Positions 11,063-21,834 of a DNA stretch of 64,000 nt are shown piece after piece (positions within the stretch are counted from its first letter, which is position 1; the number at the start of each line of letters is the position of its first letter). Made by a program: the position numbers and the translations under genes. This DNA comes from Pelagomonas calceolata (Eukaryota), in the NCBI GenBank assembly GCA_918797485.1, contig CAKKNE010000004.1, positions 806,001 through 870,000 on the forward strand. The letters run 5' to 3'. Below the pieces are notes generated by a model that was not told where the DNA came from, made no database searches, and saw only the letters and a list, made by a program, of their open reading frames with translations.

Positions 11063-11164
11063 AAGACGCCGTCGACGCGACGATGCACATTCGATAAGTC
11101 TTGAAAGATTATAACTACAGGAAGTGGATAGAAGACGTGGACTTTCGAAAAAGGAAGTGGCGAG

Positions 11165-11800
11165 CTACCCGTGATGCCTCTTGTGGAGAAGCATCGCAAC
11201 GGGGCAGCAGAGGACGTAGAAGAGGAGGACGCCGCACTCCTCGCCGACGCACTTGGTTCCCGCGGGCCGTCCCTCGCGGGCCGTCTCCGGAGGAGCGGCG
11301 CCGGGTTGGCGGGCGACGGGCGGCGGCGGTATCATCTGCCGCCTGGGCGGGCTGCCCGGCACGGTCTCCCGGAAAGTCTGTCTCGCCAAGGCGGCGTGCT
11401 TCTCGTCGACGGCGCACATGAGCTGGTGCAGGTTTCTCGCGTCCTCGGCGGCGGCTGCGGCGGCCGCGGCGTCCGCCGGGACGGGCGCCGGCGCTCGCGG
11501 CGCGGTCGCCTGCTTCACGAGGTAGCGCCGGATCGCAGCATCCTCCGCGGCGGCCGCGGCGGCCCGGCGGCGGGCCTCGGCGGCCGCCGCGGCCTGCTCG
11601 TCCACCGCCGGCTCGGCCCGGCGCGGCGCGTACAGCGTGTAGCGCAGCCCCGGTGGGGGCAGCCCCACCGGCCTTTCCTCGATGGTCGGCATGGCCCGCG
11701 GCTCGAACCGGAAGCTCGGGGCAGCCTTAGAGCGCCGCCGCCGCTCCTTTAGGAGCCTGGCATAGGCATCGGCCTCGCGCGCGTGCAAATACGTGGCCAT
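11165..11800 (-). CDS. Diverged paralog 3 sharing the PPPP..PET..GRP..LCCP C-terminus
   Basis: 211-aa ORF ending APPETAREGRPAG...CGVLLFYVLCCPVAML, similar to the tails of paralogs 1 and 2. Confidence 0.55.
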   Translation of the reverse strand: MATYLHAREADAYARLLKERRRRSKAAPSFRFEPRAMPTIEERPVGLPPPGLRYTLYAPRRAEPAVDEQAAAAAEARRRAAAAAAEDAAIRRYLVKQATAPRAPAPVPADAAAAAAAAEDARNLHQLMCAVDEKHAALARQTFRETVPGSPPRRQMIPPPPVARQPGAAPPETAREGRPAGTKCVGEECGVLLFYVLCCPVAMLLHKRHHG

Positions 11801-12140
11801 CGCGCCGCCGCGCGGCAGCTATGACGCTGCCCCAAGCCGCCCGCGAATCCGCGAGGACGCAGCGCTGCACCGCGCGCGTCCGCGATCAGGCGGGCCGTGA
11901 CGACAAAGCAGGATTTTGACATGCAGTAAGTATCCGTTGAGGGGGAATCGAGGTCTCTCCGCATGCGCGTGCCGCTACACGGTTATTCGCGACGTTTACC
12001 ACCGCAACAGAAACACCAGGACGGGTTTCGCTGCGCCGGGGCCCCAGACGCGGGATACTCGCCGCTCCGCGAGCGAAACACAGCTACCCGATAGCTACCC
12101 CCCAACACGCCGTCGCCGCGACGAAGCACATCTACTAGAT

Positions 12141-13046
12141 TTAAGAAACGACCGGCCGCAGCTCGGGCGGCGGATCTCTAGAAAAGTAGTCGTCGGCGAG
12201 CGCGTCGACGGCCTTTGGCCGTCGCCCCGGGTCCAGCACCAGGAGCCGCGACGCCAGCGGTAATGCGGGCGACTCCTTGCCTAACGTCGCGCCCAGCGTC
12301 ACCGCATCCGACTCGGCCTTGAACTCGACGTATTTTCTCAAACAAGAAACGTCGGGCCACGTCTCTTCCGTCGGCACGCCGAGCACCGAGAAGATCCGCG
12401 CCAGTTGGTCGACCTCGTCTTCGCCCCTGAACAGGGGCCTCCCGAGAAACAGCTCGACAAAAATACACCCCGCCGACCAGACGTCCAGCGCGAAGCCGTC
12501 GTAGTGACTGGCCCCGAACAGCAGTTCAGGCGGCCGGTACCATAACGTGCACGCCTCGTACGACATCGCCGCATCTACAGCTGCCGGGTACCGCGCGTAC
12601 CCAAAGTCCGCCAGTTTCAAGACGCCTCGTCTATCCAAGAGTAGATTGGCCGGCTTGATATCCCTGTGACAGATCTGGTGCGCGCTGAGGAACGCCAGAG
12701 CGTCGAGCAGCTGAAAAACATAGCCCTTGGCCTGGGCCGGCGTGATGCGCGGGCCCGGGCCGTACAAAACACGTTCGAGGTCCGAGGCTAATAGTTCAAA
12801 CACTAACGATAAAGCCTCTCCTGAGGCATCGGGAAATACATCATGCAACACCACGATATGAGCGTGTTTGACCCCGCGCAGCATCTTGATCTCTCGGAGG
12901 ACCTGAAAGTTAATTCCCTCTTTTTGGGCACCTGCGACGCGTACTTTTTTTACGGCTACGGCGAGGTTGTCCTCCTTCCGCGTCGCCTTGCGGACGACGC
13001 CCCACTGGCCGGAGCCTAGCGCGGCGCCGATGGTGTACTTGTCCAT
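12141..13046 (-). CDS. Cyclin-dependent kinase, CDK7/CDKD-like
   Basis: ATG 13046. GSGQWG, VAVKK, EGINFQVLREIKML (CDK7/CDKD-type cyclin helix), HRDIKPANLL, DFG, TLWYRPPELLFG. Confidence 0.9.
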   Translation of the reverse strand: MDKYTIGAALGSGQWGVVRKATRKEDNLAVAVKKVRVAGAQKEGINFQVLREIKMLRGVKHAHIVVLHDVFPDASGEALSLVFELLASDLERVLYGPGPRITPAQAKGYVFQLLDALAFLSAHQICHRDIKPANLLLDRRGVLKLADFGYARYPAAVDAAMSYEACTLWYRPPELLFGASHYDGFALDVWSAGCIFVELFLGRPLFRGEDEVDQLARIFSVLGVPTEETWPDVSCLRKYVEFKAESDAVTLGATLGKESPALPLASRLLVLDPGRRPKAVDALADDYFSRDPPPELRPVVS

Positions 13047-13252
13047 TGCTGCTGCTGTTTTTTTGCGACGGCGGCGCGTGCTGAGTTGCGCTGTCTCGCA
13101 GCCCCTAGGTACAGGCAGTGCTGCCAGGCGGCGCACGCGTGCCTCTAGCACTTGGTGCCCTTGAAATCTGAGTTCAGTAATGAGGCGAAAACACGGCAAC
13201 CACGTCTAATCTAGCAGCGATTGCGCTTGCGCTTTGCGCTCGAGCCTGTTTG

Positions 13253-13274
13253 CTAGTGTCTTACAGCAGCTAGC
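13253..13274 (+). promoter_or_regulatory. Bipartite CTAG motif upstream of the CDK gene
   Basis: CTAGTGTCTTACAGCAGCTAGC. Confidence 0.6.
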
Positions 13275-13853
13275 TGCGGCAATTATTGATAAGTCGCGGC
13301 TAGCGAACGGAGGGACCTCGCGCAAGAACCGGAGCAGTTAATCCTTCTTGATACCCCTTTCGAGTTGCCTGAACGCCTCACGCTACGCCGGCGTCGCCCG
13401 TAACTTTACAGAGGCAGACAAGCTTTCGGAGAGCCAAATGCAACACGCAGCGGCGCGCGGCTCCGACGATCACCGCACGCGCGCGCAGGCTCTCATGACG
13501 TTCCCCGTCGCAACGGCCGCGATGGCCCCGCCCCACAACTAAAACTTAGTGCAGTCGGTCGCGTCTGATCGTCTCGAACTACTTCTGTCGCGATGTCGAC
13601 GACGCTGATGTCGGACTGATCGACGACCTGTCGGGCCAACGGTCGACTCGACCATCAACCGACGGTCGTGACCGACGCCCGGGAAAGCGTTCGAGTCGTC
13701 TGCGAGCCGACGACGGGCCGCCGATAGAAACGACGTCCGTCGGAGTCGCTGTGCGGTCGCGGGAATTTTACGAGAGCTACCGATGCGGACGCCGCGACGC
13801 CTTCGGTCGAGGCTTCGTCGCTAGAGTGCGACCCTTGACTTCTCCACAGGTAC

Positions 13854-14264
13854 ATGCCCCTCTACAGCACCGAACACAATGACCGGTACCGGTTCGTCGC
13901 CTTCCAGTTCTACCATCCTGATGAAGTCCTGGGCAACACGAAGTTCGTGACGCGCCTCCACGCGTTTCTAGCCGGCGCCGCGGACGACGGGAAGCTTCCC
14001 ATCAAGGCAGATATGATCAATTTGATCCTCGCGACAAAGGCGACGATGAACTCGTACAACGTCGCCGAGGACAAGGTCTGCGGAACTTCTACGTGTCGCG
14101 GCGGCGTCCTATGCGTGCGCGCGGAGCAGGAAAAGCACAAGCTTTTGAGGATGGTCAAGGGCCGCGAGGTGCTCGACCCGCCGCCTGTGGATTTATTCAA
14201 GAAGCGAGGCAATGGTTCGGCCCAACTACGTGGGTACGAGCCGCGCGAGCCGCGCGGTTCATGA
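13854..14264 (+). CDS. Hypothetical ORF, probably the 5' part of the 14212-15204 gene
   Basis: 136-aa ORF of globular composition, preceded by an acceptor-like TTCTCCACAG at about 13849. It overlaps the next ORF out of frame. Confidence 0.4.
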   Translation: MPLYSTEHNDRYRFVAFQFYHPDEVLGNTKFVTRLHAFLAGAADDGKLPIKADMINLILATKATMNSYNVAEDKVCGTSTCRGGVLCVRAEQEKHKLLRMVKGREVLDPPPVDLFKKRGNGSAQLRGYEPREPRGS

Positions 14265-15204
14265 AGAGAGGACGTACGCCGTCTGCGTCGCTGTGAGTGA
14301 AGTGCTCGTGGAGGAAGTCATCGGCCGGAGGCGAATGAAGAAATTTAGGGTCGTCTACGGCGTGCATCGCCGGCACCATAGCGGAAACCCGGTTGGGGAC
14401 GTCTTCGAGACCATCGATGGGCAAGACGCCTTCAATCGGGCGCTGCCGGAGGAACCCCTGGAAGTCGCTACCGCCGAGGCTTTACGCATGGCGCTCGACG
14501 CGCGGCCCGCGGCGCCGCCGTCGGCGCCGGCGCCGGCGCCGGCGGAGCATCCGAAGCTCGCCGAGCTCCGGGACTTTATCAGAAGCCGTGACGGCGACCC
14601 GAGTCTCCTCGACGGCTGGACTATTGATGAGACCAACAAGAAAAGGCCCTTCGTTCACCCGGTGACGGGCGTTCACTACGACAAGAGCCGCCTCCTGCAA
14701 CTGCTCGACGTCGGCGCTGCCCAGCCCAGTCGCGAGGGAAAACGCGCGAGAAGGACGCCCAAGAAAGCCCAGGACGACGAGGACGCGCGCCTCGCTCCCG
14801 AGGAGTCGTGCGTCCGTCGTCATGGCCTCAAGTGCATTAGTTGTGACTTCGAGGGAAAAGACCACGACGACCTGAAACAGCACCGCGCGGACAAACACAA
14901 GGACGAGCGTGCCGACCAGCGACCGCCAGGAGAGCCTTGCGGCCGGTGTCGCGTTTGCCTCCTGCCGCCACTCGGTACCTGGGTACCCGGATCCGATCGG
15001 CCGCTCTACGAGCCAGGTGACGCCGGTCCCTCGAATTGCGCGAACGCATCCAACCATCGCGACCAGGCCTTCGCGATCGAGCGGCAGGAAAATTTGGCTC
15101 GCCTCGCTGACCATGACGCGGAGAGGGGCCGACGACCGCGTGCGGCCGCCCCTCCCAAGAAGCCGCCCAAGAAGAAACGCCGCGCCAACCCCAAAAAACG
15201 CTGA
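14212..15204 (+). CDS. Hypothetical nuclear protein with C2H2 zinc finger and MBD-like segment
   Basis: CISCDFEGKDHDDLKQHRADKH (C2H2), LLDGWTI...FVHPVTG (MBD-like by eye), basic NLS-like tail KKPPKKKRR. Confidence 0.5.
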   Translation: MVRPNYVGTSRASRAVHEERTYAVCVAVSEVLVEEVIGRRRMKKFRVVYGVHRRHHSGNPVGDVFETIDGQDAFNRALPEEPLEVATAEALRMALDARPAAPPSAPAPAPAEHPKLAELRDFIRSRDGDPSLLDGWTIDETNKKRPFVHPVTGVHYDKSRLLQLLDVGAAQPSREGKRARRTPKKAQDDEDARLAPEESCVRRHGLKCISCDFEGKDHDDLKQHRADKHKDERADQRPPGEPCGRCRVCLLPPLGTWVPGSDRPLYEPGDAGPSNCANASNHRDQAFAIERQENLARLADHDAERGRRPRAAAPPKKPPKKKRRANPKKR

Positions 15205-15224
15205 CGACCTCGCGCCTCCAAACC

Positions 15225-15360
15225 CGACGCCGCGCCGACGCCTGCGCCGCGCCGACGCCTGCGCCGACCTGCGCCGACGCGACGCCTGCGCCGCGCTGAC
15301 GCCTCGCCGACTCCTGAACCGCCCGCGGCGACTCCTGGGCCTACGCCCTGACCGACGCCA
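15225..15360. repeat. Degenerate short tandem repeat (cgccgacgcctg-like)
   Basis: Repeated cgccgacgcctgcgc units directly after the stop at 15204. Confidence 0.6.
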
Positions 15361-15765
15361 TATCCACAAAAACTCGACGTGCTGCTCACTCCAAACCGGA
15401 CTTTGTCTGCTGCTGTACTGTTTCGGGACCTTTAGATACATCCCTTTTGCCTTTCGTTTTTTGCTCGGTTCGCAGTCTACATGCGAAAATGATCCCGAGC
15501 CCGTCTGGTTGTACGACTGGGTCTCTCCACCGTGGCTTTTTTCTCAAGCTGGCGGTGTTTCATCTTATCCTAGAAAAAATATCCTTCTGTCAACTTAGAT
15601 CGCGGCAATTCGCGACAGCAGGATTCAAGGTTAAGAGCCGGGCGATATAGATACTTCCGCACACTGGTGTGCGGCATCGGCGCACTGTCGTCCAATTGAG
15701 GGCGCGACGCGTAAGTATGTCGTTTTTCTAAATAAATTCACATAGAATATATACCTAAGCTAGAA

Positions 15766-18700
15766 CTAGTCCTCCTCCTCGAGCGACCGCGCGATGGCCT
15801 CGTCGCTGGCCGTGTTGTTCTCCTGCCGCGCCCGCGCCTTCGCGCGCAGGTCGTCGAGCGTCTCCTCCTCCGGCGGCTTTTGGCCCCAGCCCGGGAACTT
15901 GTTCTCCTCCGTCTTCTTCTTCGAGCCAAAAAAGGACGTCATCGTCGCCTGCTTCTTCGGCTTCTCGGCCGTCGTCTTCTTCTTCGGGATCGGTTGATCT
16001 ACATCAATCACCTCGACGGGCTTTCCGGTAGGTTTGGAAGCTGAGGCCTTCTGGCGCTTCGGCGCCGGGTCGACGGGCCCCTTCTCCTTCTTCGGCCTTG
16101 GCGCTTTCCGTTTCTTCGCGGGTTCTTCTACAGCAGCGCCGGTCGCGGCCCGTACGAGCGCGAGGTGGCGCGCGTTTAATTTGGTGCGGTCCTGCGTGGA
16201 TTGAATCGGTGATGGTGGGTCGCGGCGACGGCGACGCGCGGCGAGGGCCACGCGCCGATGGCGTGGCGATAGCGTCGCGGCAGCGGCGCGGCGATGGCGT
16301 AGAAGGGACACCGACGACAAACGGGCAGGTGCGGCAGCTTCTTCTCCGGCTTCTTGGCCGCGGGCTTCTTCTTGCCGTTCGCGTCGCCGTTCGCCGGCGC
16401 GGGCGCCGGCGCTTCCGCGGCCGGCGAGAGCCAGGCCGGCGGCTTCGGTGGAGGCTGGGGCATGTCCGACGGCCAATCTAGAGCTTGATCTTCCAATATA
16501 GCCTCCCGTACTTTCTCCGACGCCAGGGGACCGTGCTCGAGGACGCCCTTCAGCAGACACAGGTCGTGGCGCGCGTCCCACCAGGGCGCCGGTCGAGAAG
16601 AGACGGCGATATTCTCCATACCTAATGCTGAACGTATTTGATCCGTGGAGGGGTTCTCTCCAAGGGCCTTCAGGGCCTTATCTAGCAAAACCCGAGACAC
16701 TTCGAGATCATTGGCCGCTTCCAGAATCTTCTTGCAGCGGTTGCTGCCGTCCCTATCGTCGTTCTGGGCGCAGACGTTCGCGCCGAGGTAGCCTGCGTTG
16801 TACAGAGCGGTGACGGCGTGCTCATGGCGGTCCGTCCCATCGACGCGACGACGCGACGCGACGGACGCGTGTGCCGCGTCGCGGCGACGGCGTGTGGGCG
16901 GCGCCAGATTCAAGGACACGGCATGTAACCAGGCGTGTTCGTCGCGCCGTAGAACGCCGCGATCAGCGTCTCGAGGTCAATACTTCTATCGGGCGCCTCG
17001 CGCTTGACGATGGCCGTCAACGAGCTCTTCAAAGCTCGATTACGAGTGATGAGCTTCGAGACCCAGTCCTGGTCGATATGGCCTCCGGACTTCATCCGCC
17101 GCCACGACGACGTGTCGTCACCTCGTTCTTGAGCAACATGATGTCTCTCGCGAGCCATGGCGCGACCGTAGGACGCGAGAGCGTCGTGCGCCGCCGAGAT
17201 GGCATCTTTCGGTTCCGGCCTCCGCTCGAGCGAACAGTAGCCGCGGACGAAGCGAGACGGGTCCATCCCGATAGGCCTTTTCGGCAGCACGAGCCGCAAC
17301 TCCCGAGCCTGCGTCTTGCCCCAGTCGTACGGATGTTGTTCTTTTTTATCTTCGGGGACGTCCTCGTAGTAGTCCGCGTCGCGCTGTCTCTTCTTCACGC
17401 GATCGACGGGACCGTAGTTGTGGACGTATTCTTTATCTCCTTGTTTTGCTTTCCTCTGGGTAGTATCCACAATCTCCTTCTTCTGCTTGAGAGCATCCTT
17501 GCCCAGGGTCTTCTCCCTGCGCGGCACCGACACCGTTGCCGCGGCTCCCGCGCGAGACGCGTAGGCTCTCTGACGGCCGCAGCGACGGCGTCGCGGTGGC
17601 GTGATATCGTGGAGACGCCATCTTCACAAAGTTGAAGTTCAGAAAACTTCGGAAACGGACGCTGAGTCACGGACCAGAAGTCGGGATCATCAAGAGCGAT
17701 CTTGTCCTCCTCCTTGCTCGCGACGAAGGTTGCTGAGGATAACGACTCCAGGGCACCACCGGAAGTGTCAGAAGCCAACACCACGGCCTTCGAGCGCGTC
17801 GCGAGGATATCATCTAAAGACTGGTCGCGGAAGGCCTTCGCGTCCTCATCATCATCACCATCCAATTCTTTATTCACCGCATGCGGTTTAAATGAGACGG
17901 CACCAGCACCTTGTTTGAGTAGTGATTCATGCAAGTGCCTATTACCAGCATTGGCCGACGCCATCCCATCTAGCACGGCTCGATCCAACGAGAGCTTCGC
18001 CGTCGCGACCGCGTACATGTGCGCCTCGTAAGTGCCCGCCGTCAGCAACCGGTAGACCGTGACCTTCCGCGTCTGGCCGATGCGGTGGCACCGCGCCATG
18101 GCCTGCACATCATTTTGCGGGTTCCAGTCCGAGTCGTAGACGACGACCGTGTCCGCCGCCACCAAATTGATGCCCACGCCGCCCGCTCTTGTGGAGAGGA
18201 GCATGACGCGCACGGCACCCTCGCCTTGTTGCGCGAACTGGTCGATCTGCTTCTGCCGGTCTCGGCCCGTGACGCCACCATCCACGCGACCGTGCGCGTA
18301 CTTCGCACTCCTCAGGTAATCACTCAACACATCCAGCATCATGACGAACTGCGAGAATATCAAAACTTTCCTGTTACTTTCCTGGAAGAGTCTCGGGAGG
18401 AGTTTGTCGAGGAACTGCAATTTCCCGCACGCGCCTACCAGTCTTTCTCTTTCCGTCTGGCCCGACAACCTCGCTTCCTCTTGTCTCTCGACGCCCTTCA
18501 GGAGAAAGGGATGGTTGCAGCACTTCCGCAGCTCCATGGCCAGGTTCATGAGGCTCGGGCCGTCGACGGGCCGGCCCGTGCCCGCGAGCATGAGGACGTT
18601 TTTTTCGTAGAGCGCTCTGTAGTACCTTTTTTGGAGCGGGGCCAACGCTACGGAGACCACAATTTCCTCCTTCGGCGGCACGGACTTTTCGACGTGGGCC

Positions 18701-21481
18701 TTGACCCTTCTTAACACGTAGGGGCGCATCTCGTCGAGTAGTGAGCTGAGGACGGAGCCGTCGTCCTCGGCATCCTCATCTTTTTCTTGCACGGCCAGGC
18801 CTTCCGCGGGCGCTTCGTGGGCGCAGGACCTGCGTATTACGTGTGTGACTGCGATCTGCGTGGTCGAGCGTGCGACTCACGGGGCGCCGCGGCGACAGCG
18901 TCGCGGGAGGCCGTGCCGCTTCCCGGCCGCGCCTCGCGCCACATGTACGCCATCGGCCGCCGCGCCGGGGGGTATTAAGTCGAAAGAAAGACGCCGGGAA
19001 CGCGCGCGTACTTCTCGACAAATTCCTCAGAATCCTCGCCAAATTGTTTTTCGTCGCAAAAAGATAATAAGGACCAGAGCTCCGTCATGTTATTTTGTAA
19101 AGGTGTCCCCGTCAACAACAACCGAGATATGGCCTTGAACGTGCCGTTGTCGCCGTGTAGAGTTCTGTACAGTCTAGAGTGTGGGTTCTTCAGTCTGTGA
19201 GCCTCGTCGACGACCAACAGACTCCAGGATATAGCACCAAGAGCGTTGGCGGAGTCCTCCAACAGTAGTTGTTCGTAGGTCGTCACGACCACATCCACCG
19301 AAGGAGTCTTTGGCGTCTTTACCTTGGGGTTTCTCTTCGCGGCCGTTTTGCGCGCCATGAGGTCCAAATTTCTCGCCTCTAGACGAGAAGCTTGGCTCCC
19401 GTGGTAGACCATGACATCTAACGCGGACCAATGTTCAAATTCTCGCTGCCAGTGGGCTAACGTCGACAGGGGTGCCACTACCAATGCAGGGCCTTGCGCG
19501 CCGTAGCGCTCCTTGGCCATTCGTACTAATGATACCGTTTGCACGGTCTTCCCGAGGCCCATCTCGTCCGCCAAGATGGACGACCGCTTCTGCAAGTAGT
19601 TAAAGGCCAGCCAAGCCACGCCGTCGATCTGATAAGGGCGCAAGTGCAGAGGACCTCCTCTATAAGGTGCTAATGGTACGGCCCGCTTCACGGCCTTGAC
19701 CGAGGCCTTGTCCTGGGCGGCTCGTGCCGACGCTTGACTGCGAGTGGGCTTCGACGCAAAGCGTCTCGCACAAGCAACAACTCTCGCATCTAGGTCTTCC
19801 CGGTCGGCACACGCCTCCAGCACGTCGGACCACCTTTCTCTAGAAGCTTCGTCGTAGCCCAGACCCGTCCACTTCACTAGTACGTCTTCCGCGTCGGGCG
19901 GAGCGACCGTGGCCGCACATAGAGCTACCGCATCAGCGACAGCCTTCCTCCGAGCCTCGCCCTGGGCCTCGGTCTCCTTGAGCGCCGATTCGTACTGCTC
20001 CGCCGCGAACTTGCGCCGCGCCGCGGCGTCGTCGAGGTCGACGCCGCTCGCGGCCGCCTGCTCCTCGTAGTTATTCTCCTCGCCCTCCATGATGCCGTCC
20101 TCCTCGAGGTCGGGAGGCGGTAGATTCAACGCGAGGCGCTTCTCGCCGGCCTCGCCCCCAACCAGGCCGGGCAGCTCGAGGACGCGCTCCTGCGTGCGTG
20201 TGGAGTGAGGGTCGCGGCGGCGGCGTGTACTCTCGAGGGCGGCTAGGCGACTGCGACCTCTCTACGCCATCGATGCGACGCCTCCACGCCATCGATGCGA
20301 CGCACCGGTCGACGCGACGCGAGGTGCCACTCTCGCTCGTGGCGCGTCGATGGCGCGACGACGCTCAGTTACAAAGGACGCCGGCTACAAACCACCTCGA
20401 CCATCTGGGGATCAAAGGCCCTTTTAGCACAGGGCGGCTTGCCGATCTCCGGGACCTGGCCCTTCCTTTCTCGACCTTGCAACGACATGATCGCCCTTTG
20501 ACAAGCTTTTTGATCTATGGACTCCAAATCTCTTTTCGTCTCCCAGGACACGTGCAGGAACGAGAACTGCTTCCACTTGACCAAGTACCGCGTGATGGGC
20601 AGGTCCTCGTCCTCCGGGAGCGCCTCGCCTCCATCAGGAACATCCATGGCCGAGCCGTGGAAGACGTGCTTCGTGCGCATCTTCTCGAGGATCGGCCGCC
20701 ACTCCTTCTTCGTCAGCGTTTCCTGGCACAAGAGCCGTTCGATGCCCTCCTTACTATCCGTCGGCGGCGGGGACCTACGACCCTTCTTCGTGCCGTAGGT
20801 GTCGCCCCTCGCGCGGGGCGAGCCGTCGCTCCCGACGTCGATGTCGGACTCGTCCTCCGCACTACTTCCAACTTCGACGTACGACTTCTGCGCCGCGGCT
20901 CGACGACTAGACCGCTCCTTCTTGGGCGGCGCGCGCCTTTTTCTAGGTGGTGACGGCGACTCCGACGAGTCGTACCTTCTCGCCCTCCGGTTCCTCCGCG
21001 GCCGGTTGTCCTCCTCCTCCCACTCGCGCTGGAGCCGCCGCGCCAACGCCTCGTCGTCCTCGGCCTGCGAGTCCTCGTCCTCGTCCTCCTCGTCGTCCTC
21101 GGCGTCGCCGTCGTCCTCGTACGCCTCCTCCTCTTCCTCCTCGTCGGCCGCGTCGGCCATGTCCTCGTCGTCGTCATCATCAAAGAGCTTGCCCGGCGAC
21201 GCCGCGGGCGCGACGTCGTCGTCGTCATCATCATCAGCGAAGAGGTCGTCGACGGGTTGTTGTTGCGTAGGCGGCGGCTGCGTCACCGCGGGCGGCGCCG
21301 CGGGCGCCTCGGTCGCCGTCGGGGCATTTTCTTGCGTTACCGTTGGCGGCGCCGGCGCCGGCGCGGCAATTGGTTGCGAGCCGTCCGGTGCCGCGGGCGG
21401 CGCGGGCGGCGCGCTGGACGGCGCGCTTGGCGAGGGCGGGCTAGGGTCACTCTCCGGCAGTGCCGGATTTGAATTTTCCAT
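15766..21481 (-). CDS. CHD-family SNF2 chromatin remodeller, 6 exons (21481-20393, 20189-19006, 18829-17675, 17516-16930, 16792-16323, 16191-15766), about 1636 aa
   Basis: Chromodomains (YLVKWKQFSFLHVSWE; VLVKWTGLGYDEASRE), ILADEMGLGKT, DEAH, TGTPLQN, LRKCCNHP, DSDWNPQNDVQAMARCHRIGQ. Splicing gives consistent phases 0,2,2,1,0 and restores DPDFW|EK and WWD..HD..LL.G. Confidence 0.92.
16192..16322 (-). other. CHD intron 5 (131 bp, GT-AG, introner-like)
   Basis: GTTTGTCGT-CGGTGTCC...TCCACGCAG; phase 0 join LPHLP|DRTKL. Confidence 0.8.
16793..16929 (-). other. CHD intron 4 (137 bp)
   Basis: GTTACATG-CCGTGTCC...CAACGCAG; phase 1 join NTP-G-YLG; internal cgcgtcgatgg motif. Confidence 0.7.
17517..17674 (-). 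other. CHD intron 3 (158 bp)
   Basis: GTCCGTGACT-CAGCGTCC...CCGCGCAG; phase 2 join restores DPDFWEK. Confidence 0.85.
18830..19005 (-). other. CHD intron 2 (176 bp with GC donor; alternative GT donor at 19011)
   Basis: GCGCGTTCC-CGGCGTCT...ATACGCAG. The GC donor puts the shared CGGCGTC motif at +10, as in the other introns. Confidence 0.7.
20190..20392 (-). other. CHD intron 1 (203 bp, introner-like)
   Basis: GTTTGTAGC-CGGCGTCC...CACGCAG; join MVEV|ERVLE; two internal cgcatcgatggcgt motifs. Confidence 0.85.
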
Positions 21482-21710
21482 CGCAGCGATGGCTTCCGGC
21501 GCGCTGCGCTGGCAATTTAAATCGGTTTCCCGGCTGCGTATCGCTGGCGCTTAGTGCGCAATGATGCCGCAAATACACTCGCCGCGTACGGCCATGCGGC
21601 TTTTGGGAACCTACTAGCCTCGCAGCCATTCGACGCTTCTTCGTCGTGGAACTGTCGTACGCACGGCTCCGAGACGCCTCGCCGGCCGAAGCTCGAGTTT
21701 CGTCTGCTTG

Positions 21711-21734
21711 CTAGTGTCTTTACAGACCGCTAGC
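21711..21734 (+). promoter_or_regulatory. Bipartite CTAG motif between the divergent CHD and ZnF genes
   Basis: CTAGTGTCTTTACAGACCGCTAGC. Confidence 0.6.
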
Positions 21735-21834
21735 TCGAGTTTCGCGCGGCCGTATCGGATGCATAACTCGTGGCTCAGGCAGTAATCAGTGGTGCAACTG
21801 CTCAAACCAACGCCTCACGTCGCACAGAGCAGCC

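Noticed and set aside
15766..21481. Six separate short genes or a fragmented pseudogene
   Set aside because: Five phase-consistent introns join them into one CHD remodeller.
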